The notes under the pieces: model-generated
Database searches by the model: none
What the model saw: the letters and a program-made list of their open reading frames with translations, nothing else
What the model was told of the DNA's origin: nothing
In this document: positions 42,146 to 55,542 of the stretch, in pieces
Layout: each line of letters begins with the position of its first letter
How positions within the stretch are numbered: the stretch's first letter is position 1
Translations under genes and position numbers: made by a program
DNA from: Paramecium tetraurelia
Taxonomy: Eukaryota
NCBI GenBank assembly: GCA_000165425.1
Contig: CT868023.1
Coordinates: forward strand, 62,001-126,000
Direction: 5' to 3'
DNA: 64,000 nt

Positions 42146-42672
42146 TGATGAACATTTTCTAAATGATATCTACTCGAGTTATATATATAAATTGTAATAA
42201 AATTATATTATGCATCCTTATTGAATTTTCTTAAAATAGCTATTTTGTTTAAATCCAATCCAACTAGTATTTAAGTATGATTCAAAATCTACATGTTTTA
42301 TTAAGCTAGTGTGTTAAGCAAATCACTAATCTAACTTTTAAAATTTTCATTTAAGCCGACTTAACATTCAGATTTAAAAAATTCTTATACTCCTTTAAAC
42401 ATCCTCCAAACTTTTCTAATATTGAATAAAATTATTAAACCAAATCTTTAGAAATAATGAGTATTTTTAAATAGCTAAGTAACCCTAATTTTAGAAATAT
42501 TTAGCATGGTTCCTTTAATATTAAGGTTAATTAACTGTTAATTTATTGATTACAACTAATTAAACTAATCTAAATCATCGTAATATTACAGGGATTCACA
42601 CACTATTGAGATTATAATTGTTATTAATTTTGATTAATCGCTTTTAATTATAAATTTTTTTAATTAAGTTTT

Positions 42673-43425
42673 ATGATTTCTCTATTATTAGTGTTACAAC
42701 TAACAACTATTCTTGGTTGCGAATTCAAATAGGAAGACCATTATTACAATTTAACACAATTACAAAGAACTGAACCATACATAGTGAAAGCATCTGCAGA
42801 TTCAAGCTTTTTCAAAATGGCTTATTGTATATTAATCAATTGAATTAGAGTTTAATTTTTGCGGGAATCACCCTAAACATTGTCAAGGTTAGAGTGGAGC
42901 ATATTAGGCATTAGAAGTGATGGGAATATTAACTGATTCTTGTGAAATATTAGGCAAACCAGAGAATTAATAAATGTCATTGATTGAAAACGGATTACAA
43001 ATTACTTATTCATAAGGCTCATAATGTGAAAACAATTAAAAAAAAAGCGTGAATTTCAACATTCTATGCAGTTCAGAAGCGGACTAAAATTTTGTATTGT
43101 TGTCTGAAGATAATTGTAGAACTGCGTATAATTTGATGTAATATTAGGTTTCAAATGAAATCACCAGCTGGATGCAAATAGTAATATTCAGCATAGCCAT
43201 TATTTATCTATTATCTTAGTGGAGTTGGTGTAATGTTAATGATTTTGGGAGCATGCTTTGGGTACAAATAATTGCAAAAGAAAAAAGACGAGAAATCTGA
43301 TTAATATGTAAGCACAAATAATAATAAATTAGGAAAAACTGAATAGTGATCAACCTCAAGCATAAAATAAAAACCCAGATCAGAGTACTACTGTTGTTAT
43401 CAATCAAGAAGCGCCATCCTCTTGA
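42673..43425 (+). CDS. Mannose-6-phosphate-receptor-homology (MRH/ATG27-like) type I membrane protein
   Basis: Signal peptide, YYNLTQL, FNFC, GLQITYSQGSQC and MKSPAGC segments, then a TM helix and short tail. Confidence 0.7.
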
Positions 43426-43661
43426 TTTTAAATCATGTGATCATATTAAAAATAACTTAAATGATATTTATTAATTGCTAAGTTTCGAATCATTTGAAAA
43501 AGGTTAGATATGCTTTTTGTGTAATTCTAAAGAAAGTTCACTAAATTGAAGTGTATAACCAAACATTTCTTAACAATCTAATCGATATACTAAGTATAAG
43601 AATGCTTATTATTTATATACATAGAAATTATAATATTTATTAGCAATATAGAGTTGATTAA

Positions 43662-45751
43662 TCAATTTTACTTCGAGCTAGCATTTCCGACTGCTAATTT
43701 TATGAATCCGTCTTTAAATTGCGAATTCGTTTCAGTAATTACAAAACCATATTTCTTGGCAATTTCATTATTTCTCATTTTTTCGTTGACCTATTTTAAC
43801 TTAGTACTTGCATCTCCTTTATAACCTTCTCTATTGTTTTGTAATATTGCGAGTTCCGTAGTTATTTAGTTCGAAGTAACATAAGCACAAAACATTTTGT
43901 TAGGCTCTTTCTAATATGGCAAAAAGTTTTCTTTGTATTTATCATCTTATAAACTTGTAAATCCTTAATAAAATGATTTAATATTAATATGAATGCTTTT
44001 AATCGACTTAGAATGAACCGATTCTTCGATAATCCTATTTGACTTAAAATCATATGTAAATTAGTCGGGCTTGTTTTTTGACTTTGATTTATTAAATTGA
44101 GTCAAAGCAATATAAAATGCTTCATGAAAATACACATTAAAAGCTAATTCTTCAAAGGAAAATGGATGATTGGAGCAATATTAGCAGTTACAAAATTTAA
44201 GACATTATTTTTCATAATTGTCCACCTCTAACTATTGAATGCTATAATAAAAACTTTCAAAATCGACTATTCTCTATTCTGGGCAGTTCTTGAGAATTAA
44301 TGGCAGACTAATGGGTATTGCTGGATTTGAACAACAATAGAGTTAAGTAAAAGTGCATATTTAATTTTCATTGTCTTTTTAGAGATGTTTCTTAAATTCT
44401 ATTAATTCAACTTTTTATTTTTAAAGAAATTCATCTTTCATTAATTTTTTCCCATCATAAACATAGGTTTGACCAGACTTTTCTAAAAATCCTTGGTCAA
44501 AAGCATCAAACAAGTTTTTATCAAAATATACAACATTTGGAATAAAACTATTATAGTTAAACATTTTTTCACACAAAGGGCATTTTAATTGCTTTACTTG
44601 CTATTTATATAAGTCTTTTTATGTTTAAAAACTAGAGAGTAGGTATTTTAACTCCATGACTTAAGATACATGGCAATTGATACACCTAGCAGGCTGTTTT
44701 ATATTTTCAATAATTGCTGGAATTACAAATATCTTATATTTAAAAAGTCTCAGCTTTTGTTCTGCCTTAACAATAGAAGTTCTTTGTAAAATTACATGAG
44801 CATACTCTGTAACTTATTTCTAATATTTTTAATAGGCTTCATTTGAAGCTGGTACGTTTTTATTTTCTTGTAAGTATCTACATTATATCTAAGGATCTAC
44901 TATTGCGTTGTCCTATAAAACGATATCTTATTGGATTTAGCGAGTATTTGGATTATAGCTGTATTAATAAATACTGGGTAACCCTTTCTGAATAATTTTT
45001 AAGAGTTCTGTTTCAATGTAGATATTGTCAAATAATTTTTATACAGTTGAAATATCTACTTTAACTTGACATGTCCTTTATTTACACTTGAACTATTTTA
45101 ATTTATCAGAGGAGCTTTAATAGATGGAATTCTCATTGTAATAAACCAATAAACTGGCTAAATCATAGCATTCTGGATGTTGACAACCAAAGAATCTTAC
45201 AGGAATATTGAGTGATACAAGATCTAATAGGCACATTGCTTTAAAATAGATTGGCTTTTGAGTTTAATAATTTTACATCATTCTCTAAAATATTTGGATA
45301 ATATTATTAGAATTTTATTATTCTAGCAATATTTTTAAACTAGAAAGAACAAATTAATCCGTAAGTGCTGTATTGTATCTCCTAGCTCTTTTAAAATGAT
45401 GGAATAATTTATTATGAATTACTAGTCCATCATCAAAGATTTCATTGATTTCCTCATTTGCATCCCATCTGATATCCTTTTGTAATTAGCTGGGATGGCG
45501 AGCTAGATTATTACATTCGCATTTGAAAAATCCTGAAATATTAATTGCATTGAGAACTTCTTCTAAGTTGGTGGCATACTTAATATGTTTGCATTTTGAT
45601 GTTAAAACCTTTATATAACAATGTAAATTACAGGATATAAATATCGTTCATTATTATGATCGGTTAGTTTTATCTCAGTAAATTCCTAGAAGCCGTTATA
45701 TTCTTGGAGATATTGAATTGAATTCTATAAGGTAAAATACTATTATCTCAT
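43662..45751 (-). CDS. Protein with multiple SP-RING (zf-MIZ)-like fingers; candidate SUMO E3 ligase
   Basis: Clear finger LNIPVRFFGCQHPECYDLASLL plus three related segments with PxxxxxC(xH) and CxxC/CxC spacing. Confidence 0.7.
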
Positions 45752-45806
45752 TTGTAAAAATAATAATTATAATTAATAATTTTGAGATTTAAATAAATAT
45801 GATGAT

Positions 45807-46939
45807 TCATTCTAATTTGATTTCAAACTAAGTTATACATAATGCAAATGCTTATAAGATTGAAAGAGGATGGCATATATCTAAATTGTAATATTCTTCG
45901 CCACATTTGCCAAATTGTATTAAAAATTCTTCGTCATTCTATTAATTATTAGAAATGAGAATAAAATTTTTATTGGAGGCTGATCGCACTCTCTGTGTGA
46001 ACTTCAATTAATAAGCATTCTTTTCTTCACTGAAAGTGGGAGGCCTTGAGACTAACTACATCACGTTTTCATTCTTGGATTGGTTGAATGCTTTGGAGAT
46101 GCCTTGATTTTGTGAAATGGGTTTAAAATCTTATGGCTATCCATTAATTACTGAGGGGATTAAGACATTAATTGATTTGAGACCTAGACTGGATTTCTTG
46201 TAAAAATAGACAGCATATTCTCTTCTTGTGGTTTCCAATTGATCAGTTTTATTGGGGTCATTGCCATTGTCATATAAATGAAATGAGTTTTCGGCTGTTC
46301 CATATTTCAAATTCCCTATACATACTGATTTGTTGTTAGAATTAAAGTTCTCGGCATTCGTTGAGATTACGTAATTCGATTTCCTCTTGGTCGATTGTCT
46401 TTTGGCAGCACAGAGAAATTTCAGGCTTTCTGAGAAATAGAGTTCAAATTTTGGGTAGAAATTGCAAAAGCCCTTCCTGTTTTTAATTAAAGTGCATTAT
46501 ACAATCTTATCTAATGATAAATTGCATTTATAAAGATACCTATGGGTACGGGGGATGTCAGAAATTGCTAAACATCTGGAATATATTGAGGAGCATAGAA
46601 GATCAAGTTTTGATTATTTAATCTCTCAGTCATTACGTTAACTTGTTATAGTGAGGTGTCCATTTTTTACTTTGAATTCAGTTATTCAAGCAATTAATCT
46701 GATTTATTCTGTTATTCATTGGGTCCAGTATCATTGATGTCATAAATTTTATTATTCCCATAACTTTCAACACATTTCAGGTTTAAATTAACATTCATTG
46801 GAGAGAATAGCTTACTTTTCGGAATCAAATCCTCGTCAAATTAATCAAACTATATCAATTCTTCCTTTTTTTTATTATTGCAAACTGATACTTGAGTATT
46901 TTTTATTTATAAAATAGAAATGCCATTTGTTGTTTGCAT
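45807..46939 (-). CDS. Tubby-domain protein
   Basis: FLCAAKRQ, SNYVIS, LYDNGNDP, YQLKFTQRVRSASNKNF, QFGK and PLSILQAFALCITQF motifs. Confidence 0.88.
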
Positions 46940-47850
46940 ATTTTATTAATTAATTTATATTATTCTTTTTAATTATAAACTCATAGGATGGATTCACAAT
47001 AACCATTGATTAACAGACATAAAATACATTAAATTGCAGTATCATGAGAATTTAGAGAAATCATTCATTTGCTGTATTTGTGTCAATTTAAGTATTTCCT
47101 TATGCTAGGTAATTTATGTACCTACATTCATATAGAAAAGTGAGAGTATCAATCATGACAGTTTTAGTTACATAAAATATTATAATTTACTTTATTTAGT
47201 TAGAGTGAATTAACATACTATCAATCATTCACTTTAGAATCACCTATATAATTCAAGGACATGATATGAATCATCCAAATTAAGAATTTAGTACGTGAGG
47301 TAACAGCATGGTTTTAATAAAAGATAAATATTCTTGATATTTTGTAACTTTATTATTTATATAGTCTTCTGAATATATACATATTTTTGGATTGAGTTGA
47401 TAATATCATATATTCATCTTCTTTATGATATGACTACTTATTTATACTTTTAAATAATATCTTTGTGATTGCACAATAATATTACGGATCAATTGCATAG
47501 AATAGATATATATATATAGTGGATTTGATATTTTCGTATTCAATTATTCTTTTCTTCTTTTCCCCACTTCTTAGTGTGCATCTATTTACATCTTGATGTT
47601 TTGTATCTATTTTCAGATGATATAACGATCTTATAATATGAATATCAGCAATTTTATAGTGATATGATTTACCTATGATAATATACTTCCATTTCGTTTA
47701 TTATTCGATAATGATTTGAAAATGCTCGTATCTTGATATTTATGTTAATCATGTTCAATTAGAGATATTAGTTTGTGTAGTATTTGGTAATCTATAAATT
47801 TCAAATTTAAATGGATTTTATTGTATAATTATTTTTTTAATTTTTCAGCC

Positions 47851-48717
47851 ATGATTTCTTTTGCTGAAATAAGAGATTTATTAGCGAGAGAGAAAGTATC
47901 ACTATCATTGATTCCCTTAGCCCAAAACCTTCAATGCGCTGAATCCGTACTACAAATACGATGCCTCCAGTCCTTGCAAGAGAGATATTCTAGTCCTATG
48001 GGTTACAAAGGTAAACATTAAACATTATTTTTAGCTATCATCTAATCTCAATCATTCCATTAAAACCTTAGAACTGGCTGTCCTTATTATCGATACATAC
48101 TTAAATTATTTTAATATCTCTGAAGATTACCTTCAATTGTTGGGTATATCGGCATATTCAATTGCCTATAAGGTACGTATAATTCATCTACCTCTTAGTT
48201 TAACGAGACAGAGTTCATGCCCTTGGATTCATTGTAACCCAAAGATTAATAGAATGGCAAGGTTTGCAAGCCTATGTACATGGATGAGGACTACAATGAA
48301 ATGGAAGTGCACATCCTCAGAGCCATGGGATATTAGTTAAATCTTATAACTTTGTCTGATTTTTTGATTGCCCTGAATATTAAAATAGATGAATAAGTCA
48401 GTTGTCTGATACAGTTCATTCTTATGGGTATGATCATATAATATATATGAATAGACTTCGAAATTTATCGATATTCCCACTTCGAATTGGCTTTGGCAAT
48501 CATGCATTACCAGAATGACACAAGGTTGACCTTTCAAGCGAAAATTCTCACTGTATCTTAAATGCTTCACAATAAAATAATTCAAGCATAAGAAATCGAG
48601 TGTGAAAAATCAGAGCAAGAGGAAACCAAATCTCTTGAAAGAAGTCACTCTATTCATAAAAAGATTTCCAAAAAAAGAGAATCTTAAAGAAAAAGATAAA
48701 TACAACAACAAAAATGA
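47851..48717 (+). CDS. Cyclin (N-terminal cyclin box)
   Basis: KRDILVLWV, TLELAVLIIDTYL, LQLLGISAYSIAYKFNE and MEVHILRAMGYQL; four short introns. Confidence 0.85.
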
Positions 48718-49508
48718 ACTAGTGTTGTTGTATTTTGTTTCAATATTGATCAAAAAAATGAACAAAAATGATATTTTTTGTTTCTTTTTAATTAATCACA
48801 ACTAAGCTCTCTCTCTCTCTCCAAATAAATCTCTTGTTCAGATTGCGTTCGAAATCTAATTTAATATATATTTCATAATGTTAATCAATACTCAAAGAAT
48901 CTGACTTTAGACTGAATTCTATTGCGTCTATCATACTGAAACTATACATTTAGGAGCATTTATTACTAAGAAGCGGAAGACCACATTTATCTCAAATAAA
49001 TAATTACTGAAATTTATTGATTCTAATAATAAAGAATACCCCCTTTAATTGATAATAAATTAAAAGTATATTGCATCATTTTCCAACTCAAAGTTAAATC
49101 TTCAAATCCTTTGAAAACTCAAATCCCTTTTAAATTTGATCATCGCTCACCTCTTCACATTTTCAACCGAATAAATCAACTTTTTAATTAGTTCAACAAA
49201 TATTCTTATAATTTAATTATCATGAATCCATGTCCTTCCCATTCATTTTTGATAAATCTAAAACTAAATTAGTCATATATGAATAAATATCAACAATTGA
49301 GATGGTGAAGGATAACATAAATTACATTTATGTTCAGATTTCCCAATAAATAAAAAAAGAGTTAGTTTGAATGTTCAGGTAACAATTGTTCGTATGCCCA
49401 TACACATTTGTCATGGAGATTGCTGTTGAAATACGGATTTAGATGAAATGTTCATTTTTGTATATTATTCTTTTTCAATAGTATTAAGTATTTAATATTA
49501 CTAATAAA

Positions 49509-50177
49509 ATGTAAAATTTGATCAAAGAATCCAAAAGAATATACTCTTAGTTTCTGCTACATGGACCTAAATATTTGGACACTTTCGACTTTCAGCCAAT
49601 AACCAAATTCACAATTGAAGCTCTACAGACAAAATCTCTTCAAGATTACATAAACAAGAATTTGACCATGCACTAAGAAATTTCAATGTTGCCAATATAA
49701 TTTGAACCAGATAATAGTTTTGCCTTTGCTATCTTCACACTTGCACCCTCAGTAACAATGCCTCTGCATGACCATCCTGATATGTTTGTACTATCCTATG
49801 TTTTACATGGAGATGGAATTAGAGAGGGATGGAATATCAAATAGACTCATTTAGAAAAACTCAATTAATTTAAGAAAACATCCATTTAATAAGATGTTAT
49901 GGTTGAACCAGAAGAATTACCCAGATTAAGTTTAAAAGCTGGAAGCATTTGTTATACTACTCCATCTTCATGCAATTTGCATAGTTTTATTAACGTAACA
50001 AAATTACTAATCGAAGAATAGCAGCACTGAACCCTTTGTTTTTCTTGATATTATTGTACCTCATTATGATGAAAATACAAATAGAACTATAACATATTTT
50101 GAACGCAAGAAAGATAATCAATTAAAATTGCTTCAATAAGATGAGTATTACTAATGTTTATTCTTTTTAGATTGTGA
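49509..50177 (+). CDS. Thiol dioxygenase of the ADO / plant cysteine oxidase family
   Basis: MPLHDHPDMFVLSYVLHG, NLHSF and FLDIIVPHYD...RTITYF. The stop position assumes a 26-nt intron at 50145-50170. Confidence 0.85.
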
Positions 50178-50290
50178 TTTATTGATTAATGTGTGTTTTT
50201 ACATTGAATTATTTACAATTGAGATGGTGACAAAGTTGTTAATTATAATAATTACAGAAATTCTCATTTATATATGCTGTTGTATTAATA

Positions 50291-50791
50291 TCATTAAATT
50301 TGTGTTAACAACTCTTCCAACCTTTGTAGTTTAGAAGTAAAAGGATTAGGGATTTTAAGTGGATTAAATTATTAAAATTATTAGTTTCTTTCAGGATTTC
50401 CCTTGATAAAATCAGCCAACAGTTGATCTTGGCTTTATTGGTATTAGGAATATTATGTGAAAATATCTCCGTGATATTAAACGATAATTTGATTTAAATT
50501 CAAATCAGGAGGTTACACATCCTTGTTAATCTGCATTAATTTTAAATTACTTGAACTTTGCTCTAACTTTTTCAACTATTGCGAAAGCATATTCAGCATC
50601 TTATTTGGAAATTATTTCATTAATTCCTCTTTGCTAATTTTGTTGAGGTCACTCTACTGTGATTGATTTTAGAGTGATTTATCGGTTTCCTTCTTTAATA
50701 GTCCACTTTAGAATCGATCTTGTCTGTCTTGATTGGAGTGTAATTCTTTTTGTGATTTTATTTTTTTCTTTGCTTTTGATTAATTACTCAT
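50291..50791 (-). CDS. Hypothetical protein
   Basis: MSNQSKAKKKIK...KLQRLEELLTQIQ*. Confidence 0.45.
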
Positions 50792-50865
50792 GTTAAATAT
50801 AATAATACGTCTATACTTAATTTAAAGGTATTTATAGGCTATATTGAACACTATAATAAATAATC

Positions 50866-52250
50866 ATGAACAAAAGCAGCTTGATTCCCATCTTTACTTT
50901 GTCCAATGGAATGGTATTACAAATTCTTATGTGTTAATTAGATTGGATCAGCTCCTATAGTGCTTCCTGTTTTGTACAATGAATACGGGTTCCTTAATGG
51001 AGTAGTCTTCTCATTCATCATATGCTTGGCGTCCTGCATTACATGTCTGATTGTTAAGAAATATCATCTGAAAAAAGAAGTCTTAAAACTAGTTTTATGA
51101 TAGGTTGACCTGCAATTTCTGATCAATCGAATTCTCGGGCCGAAATTGTAAACAACTTTCAATTTCATAACAATCATCTTTTACATAGCTTGTGCATAAA
51201 TTTAAGTAATAATTTCTTGTTCGCTCATTTACTCAGTGATATCCTTGTTCGTTAACTCAGCTCCCTAAGTAAGATTCCATTGATATAATTTTAGAATGTC
51301 TTCACCTTCACTTAGTTCTCATACCAAATTCTTGGAATGATTTACATTCTTATTTTGCTTCCAACTTTTTTTATCAAAGATATCACTCCATTACTAAAAC
51401 TACCCACTTATGCCTCTTTGGCAACACTCTTGGCTGTCGTTTTCATTATCTTCCAAGGTTCCTAAACCCCAACAATCTCCACATGGAAATCAAACGATGT
51501 AAAATTGTACCCCCATTTATATAGATTGCTGTATTGCCAAGCGTGTTCCAATTGGCCTTTTTGGGTCATAGTTTGGTGGTTCCACTCCTATCCAAATCGG
51601 AGAGCAAGCATAAATCAAGGGATATAATAATTGCCTATATTTTAACTTTTTCAATTTATTAAGTCGTAGGCCTTTTTGGTAGTTATGCACTATTCGAAAG
51701 GAAACCCTAGGACGGACTATCTGGATTTACAATTTTGGATTACTTTCCACAATCACAACTATTTGTAATAATTCTACAAGTAAATTATATGTAAAAATCA
51801 AATAGATTCTTTTATTCATTCAAATCAGTTTGCTGCTCCCAATTATTTAGTATGTGGCTAGACTAAGGTTCTTTGCGTTCTTCAATGCAAAGAATCCTAA
51901 ACCATACATGTTAATTATATTTTCTTTTGTGTTCGCATTTATATGTTTGTTTTTCGAAATGATGAACTTAAATTTAGAAAACCTAATAAGTTACACTGGG
52001 TATTTATATTATCATAACAATAAGTGCAATAATAGGAACCATAATTGGTTTCCTTATTCCGATTGCCTGTCACATAAAAATGAAATATTTTAATAATAAA
52101 CAAGTGCAAGAATTCAATTTGATAGAATCAAGTTAAGAATTGAAATCGAGAAAAATTGGAAAATTAGAATTAATATCCGATATCTTAGGTTGTGGAATCA
52201 TCTTATCGATCGGCTTAAGTGTGTTGACGCTTAGATTCATCTATGTGTGA
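50866..52250 (+). CDS. Amino-acid transporter (Aa_trans, SLC38A9-like)
   Basis: IFTLSNGMIGSAPIVLP first helix, many hydrophobic segments, multiple tiny introns. Confidence 0.8.
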
Positions 52251-52461
52251 TTTAAACCTTTATAAGATCAATTTTAATATTATTATTATTTGATATATTA
52301 AAAATGTAATATGTATATTCAAATAAACAGTTATAATTATATGATTGGTAATTCTACTTCATTAATTTTCATTTCAATATATATATAATGTTATAAAGTA
52401 ATATTGAATAGTTCATTATTTTTAATTAAGTTTCGTATAATTAATTAGATAATCGTTAAAA

Positions 52462-53466
52462 ATGGAAAATGAGTAAATGTGCAAGAATCACCCTAAATAA
52501 TCTCTTAGTTGGATATGCTTGGAAAGGAATTGTTAGTAAAGAGTGATGTGTTCAACATGTGCTGTTAAATTGCATGATCGAAATCACAAATTGGAGGAAT
52601 TATGTAATATTTATGAGAATGGATGCTTGGCTACTTATTTCAGTAATAAGAAGAACTCGTCAACAGGATTATTACAATTAATAAATGGCGAATAGGATAA
52701 TGTGTTTGTGAATGAGCAATATGATGATTATTTGCAGGAGGGGATTGAAAGGTGTTTGAGAAATGTTTCGAAAAAGATCGAGGAATCAAAGAACTAGTTG
52801 ATTTAATAGCATGAGAGATTGAGAGAGGATAAGGAAAATGAGAGAATGAATTTCGTAGCTTAATTAAGTGAAGTGGATGAGAGATTGAGGACATCCTAAA
52901 ATTTGGAAGTCGATATTGAAGATGCATTTCAACAAATCTAATCCTTTGCTCAAAAGAAGGAGATGGAGATGGCCAACAATAGAGAAAGTGCAATACTTCT
53001 AAGGAAAATTCGTCTGCTTGAATTGATGAAGGAGAACTTTCTGAAAATGATAAAGTCTTATTTCCATAACTAATTCACAGCTGAGTTTTGTCATCTGTTC
53101 GATATGCAAATAGAGACTCTGAATGCTCGAGAAGTAGATGATGTGCAAGGGTTTTTGGATTACGTGGATTCGAAGTGGAAACAAGACTATCGTAACATTC
53201 AATTGTCGATCGAGAAATTTGTGGGTCGTCTGAATGAGGGTTTGAAGTATTGTATAGGAATGCCGCTGGAAAATCAGAAGAAATAGTTGTTAGTGCGATC
53301 TCCGATGAGGCAATTCCCAATCAATATTCAGACTCCCGCTTATCATCAATTCACGTCTCCGAAACAAGTAGAATTCACCAAATCTTAAGTCATATATGAG
53401 GAACCCAGTCAGAGAAAGAATATCAAGATAGAACCCGTTAGTTAGAGTCTTTAATAGTATTAGTGA
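52462..53466 (+). CDS. B-box-type zinc finger plus coiled-coil protein
   Basis: CKNHPKQSLSWICLERNCQQRVMCSTCAVKLHDRNH; intronless. Confidence 0.75.
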
Positions 53467-53487
53467 GATATGATGACAGAGCAAATA

Positions 53488-54448
53488 ATGAGTATATAAA
53501 ATATTAAAGTACTATTTGTTGCATAACCGTGTTAAGGAAATCTAGAGATCTAGATCACAGAGTACAAGTATCTTCCAGGATTATCAAATCAACGGAATCA
53601 TCTAAGGTCCACGTTATGATGAGAGAGGTGACATCATCAGGCGATCCATTGTTGGAACTGCGGACCAATTTCAACGAGAAGGCAAGGTCTAATAGGATAG
53701 TAGGGTGACAGATGAGGACTTATCAATGATAAAATCTTTCGTTATTACCTCAGTCAATAAGAAACAAAATAAAAAGAAAAGAGCAGAGCCTGTTCAAATG
53801 AACAAGATTTCAAAGGAGGAAATTCTATTGCACATAGATAAAGTTCAGAACAACATCAAACTCTCTCAAACTTCACTCAGAACTAAGGAGGAGACTCTGC
53901 CCATAATTGAGAGAAATCTATTAACCAAATAGAGAAGAATTTTGGAGTCTTGTGAAGGGCAGTAGCACAGATGGAACCATTTAGAGTAGGAATTAGGGTA
54001 TCGTTGTGATCGTTCTCATAACAATACTCTTCTCAGGAGGAGTTAAGGCTATCGAGAAAAGAAGCAATTATTGGATTCATTAAATGTTATATAGAAGGAA
54101 CCAAATGACAAGGAATGGTATGCAAAATTGAGAAATTATCAATAACCAATTGAACCAAATGTTGAGATAATCAAGAGTGGGAATCATGCCAAATTGTACA
54201 GTGACAAATTTAAGAATATGATCAACCAGAGGTTAAATAATAAGTATTACGACTCCGATTTTCTTGTGGTCAACGGAAATAGCAAATTGAAAGTGGAATC
54301 CAAAGAGGCCACTGATCTAATGATACTCCCTTAAGATATTACGTAATAGCAACAACCGTAAGAACAGAATCAGGATTTAAATTATTCCAATTACAATCAG
54401 AGAGATGTCAGTCGTCGATCTTCCTATAGAATATTTTAATTATAATGA
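53488..54448 (+). CDS. MYCBPAP-N-like protein (paralog 1)
   Basis: GPRYDERGDIIRRSIVG, YREKKQLLDSL and WYAKLR. An in-frame ATG is also present at 53470. Confidence 0.6.
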
Positions 54449-54470
54449 CATAATTATAAATATATTTTTA

Positions 54471-55455
54471 ATGTAAGATCATCTCCAATAATCAAAGACC
54501 ATGTTCCTCATGCATCAAATTAAGAGTTATAAGTTGCAGCCCTAAATTTCAAATAATATTTTCGAAAAACATAATCCTTAATATGGACCAAAATATGATA
54601 ACAACAATAAAATTATTGCTCGAAGTGTTGTTGGAAAACCGGATATCATTGAAAGAATTAAAAAGAAAATCGAAGAATCCAAACTATCTAATTCTCCAAA
54701 AATGAGAAACTCAGTTGTTTTTTAAAAAATGAAACAATCCTATTCGAATCTCTCCAACATGAAGAAATCTTAATCATCCAATAAAATTCCTCTTTTTCAA
54801 GATTCCATTCATTCTAATATCCTATCTCGACAGGTCTCACATAACAAGTCCACCTTAACAGCATTAATCAATCATCATGCAAATGTGAACATTGAATAAT
54901 ATTTATAAGAAACAAAAAGCAGAATTCAAAAAAATGAGATGGAAGAACTAAGACTTGAGAAGTAATTAAATCTATTTGAAAGAAATGCAACTACTCGATA
55001 ATAAAGAGTGATAACTTCATTTTAGGAGCGAGAATAAACTTGGGAATCAGTCAACATGACTATCCAAAGCAAATGTCAAACAAGAAGCAGAGAAAAACTC
55101 ACATTGTTGCAGAAGAGCTAAGGTAGTGAGATGCAAAAATATTAGGTGAACAGCTTATCGATTGAAGAAGGAAATTCTTAACGAATTGCCATCTCCCCCA
55201 TAAAATTGGTACCAATAGCTGAGAGGATAGAGCAATGCAGTGGAGAAGGAGGATGACTGGAATCTCAGGTCGCAGAGAATAAATTTGAATTCGAAAACAT
55301 TGTTAATCAAGCAGGCCGATCTTGAGAGCAGTTTGAGGGTTAGAGGGGAGAACAAATTGAGAAGGGAGTTTGAAAATCACAGGTGCCCCATGATTACGAT
55401 GGTTGGACAGGAGAAAACAGAGGAGAGTGAGATCCTTTCAAAACTGAAATATTGA
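54471..55455 (+). CDS. MYCBPAP-N-like protein (paralog 2)
   Basis: GPKYDNNNKIIARSVVG, YRLKKEILNEL and WYQQLR. Confidence 0.6.
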
Positions 55456-55542
55456 ATACTTTTTATTTAATCTTCAGAGATGTTGTTATATTCATATATA
55501 TATCTATTAATAGATGCATAACATCGTTATATTAATTAAATA

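Noticed and set aside
48807..48821. Short (CT)n tract, and the poly-T run at 16620-16633
   Set aside because: Too short to be meaningful; the poly-T run encodes Lys codons on the minus strand.
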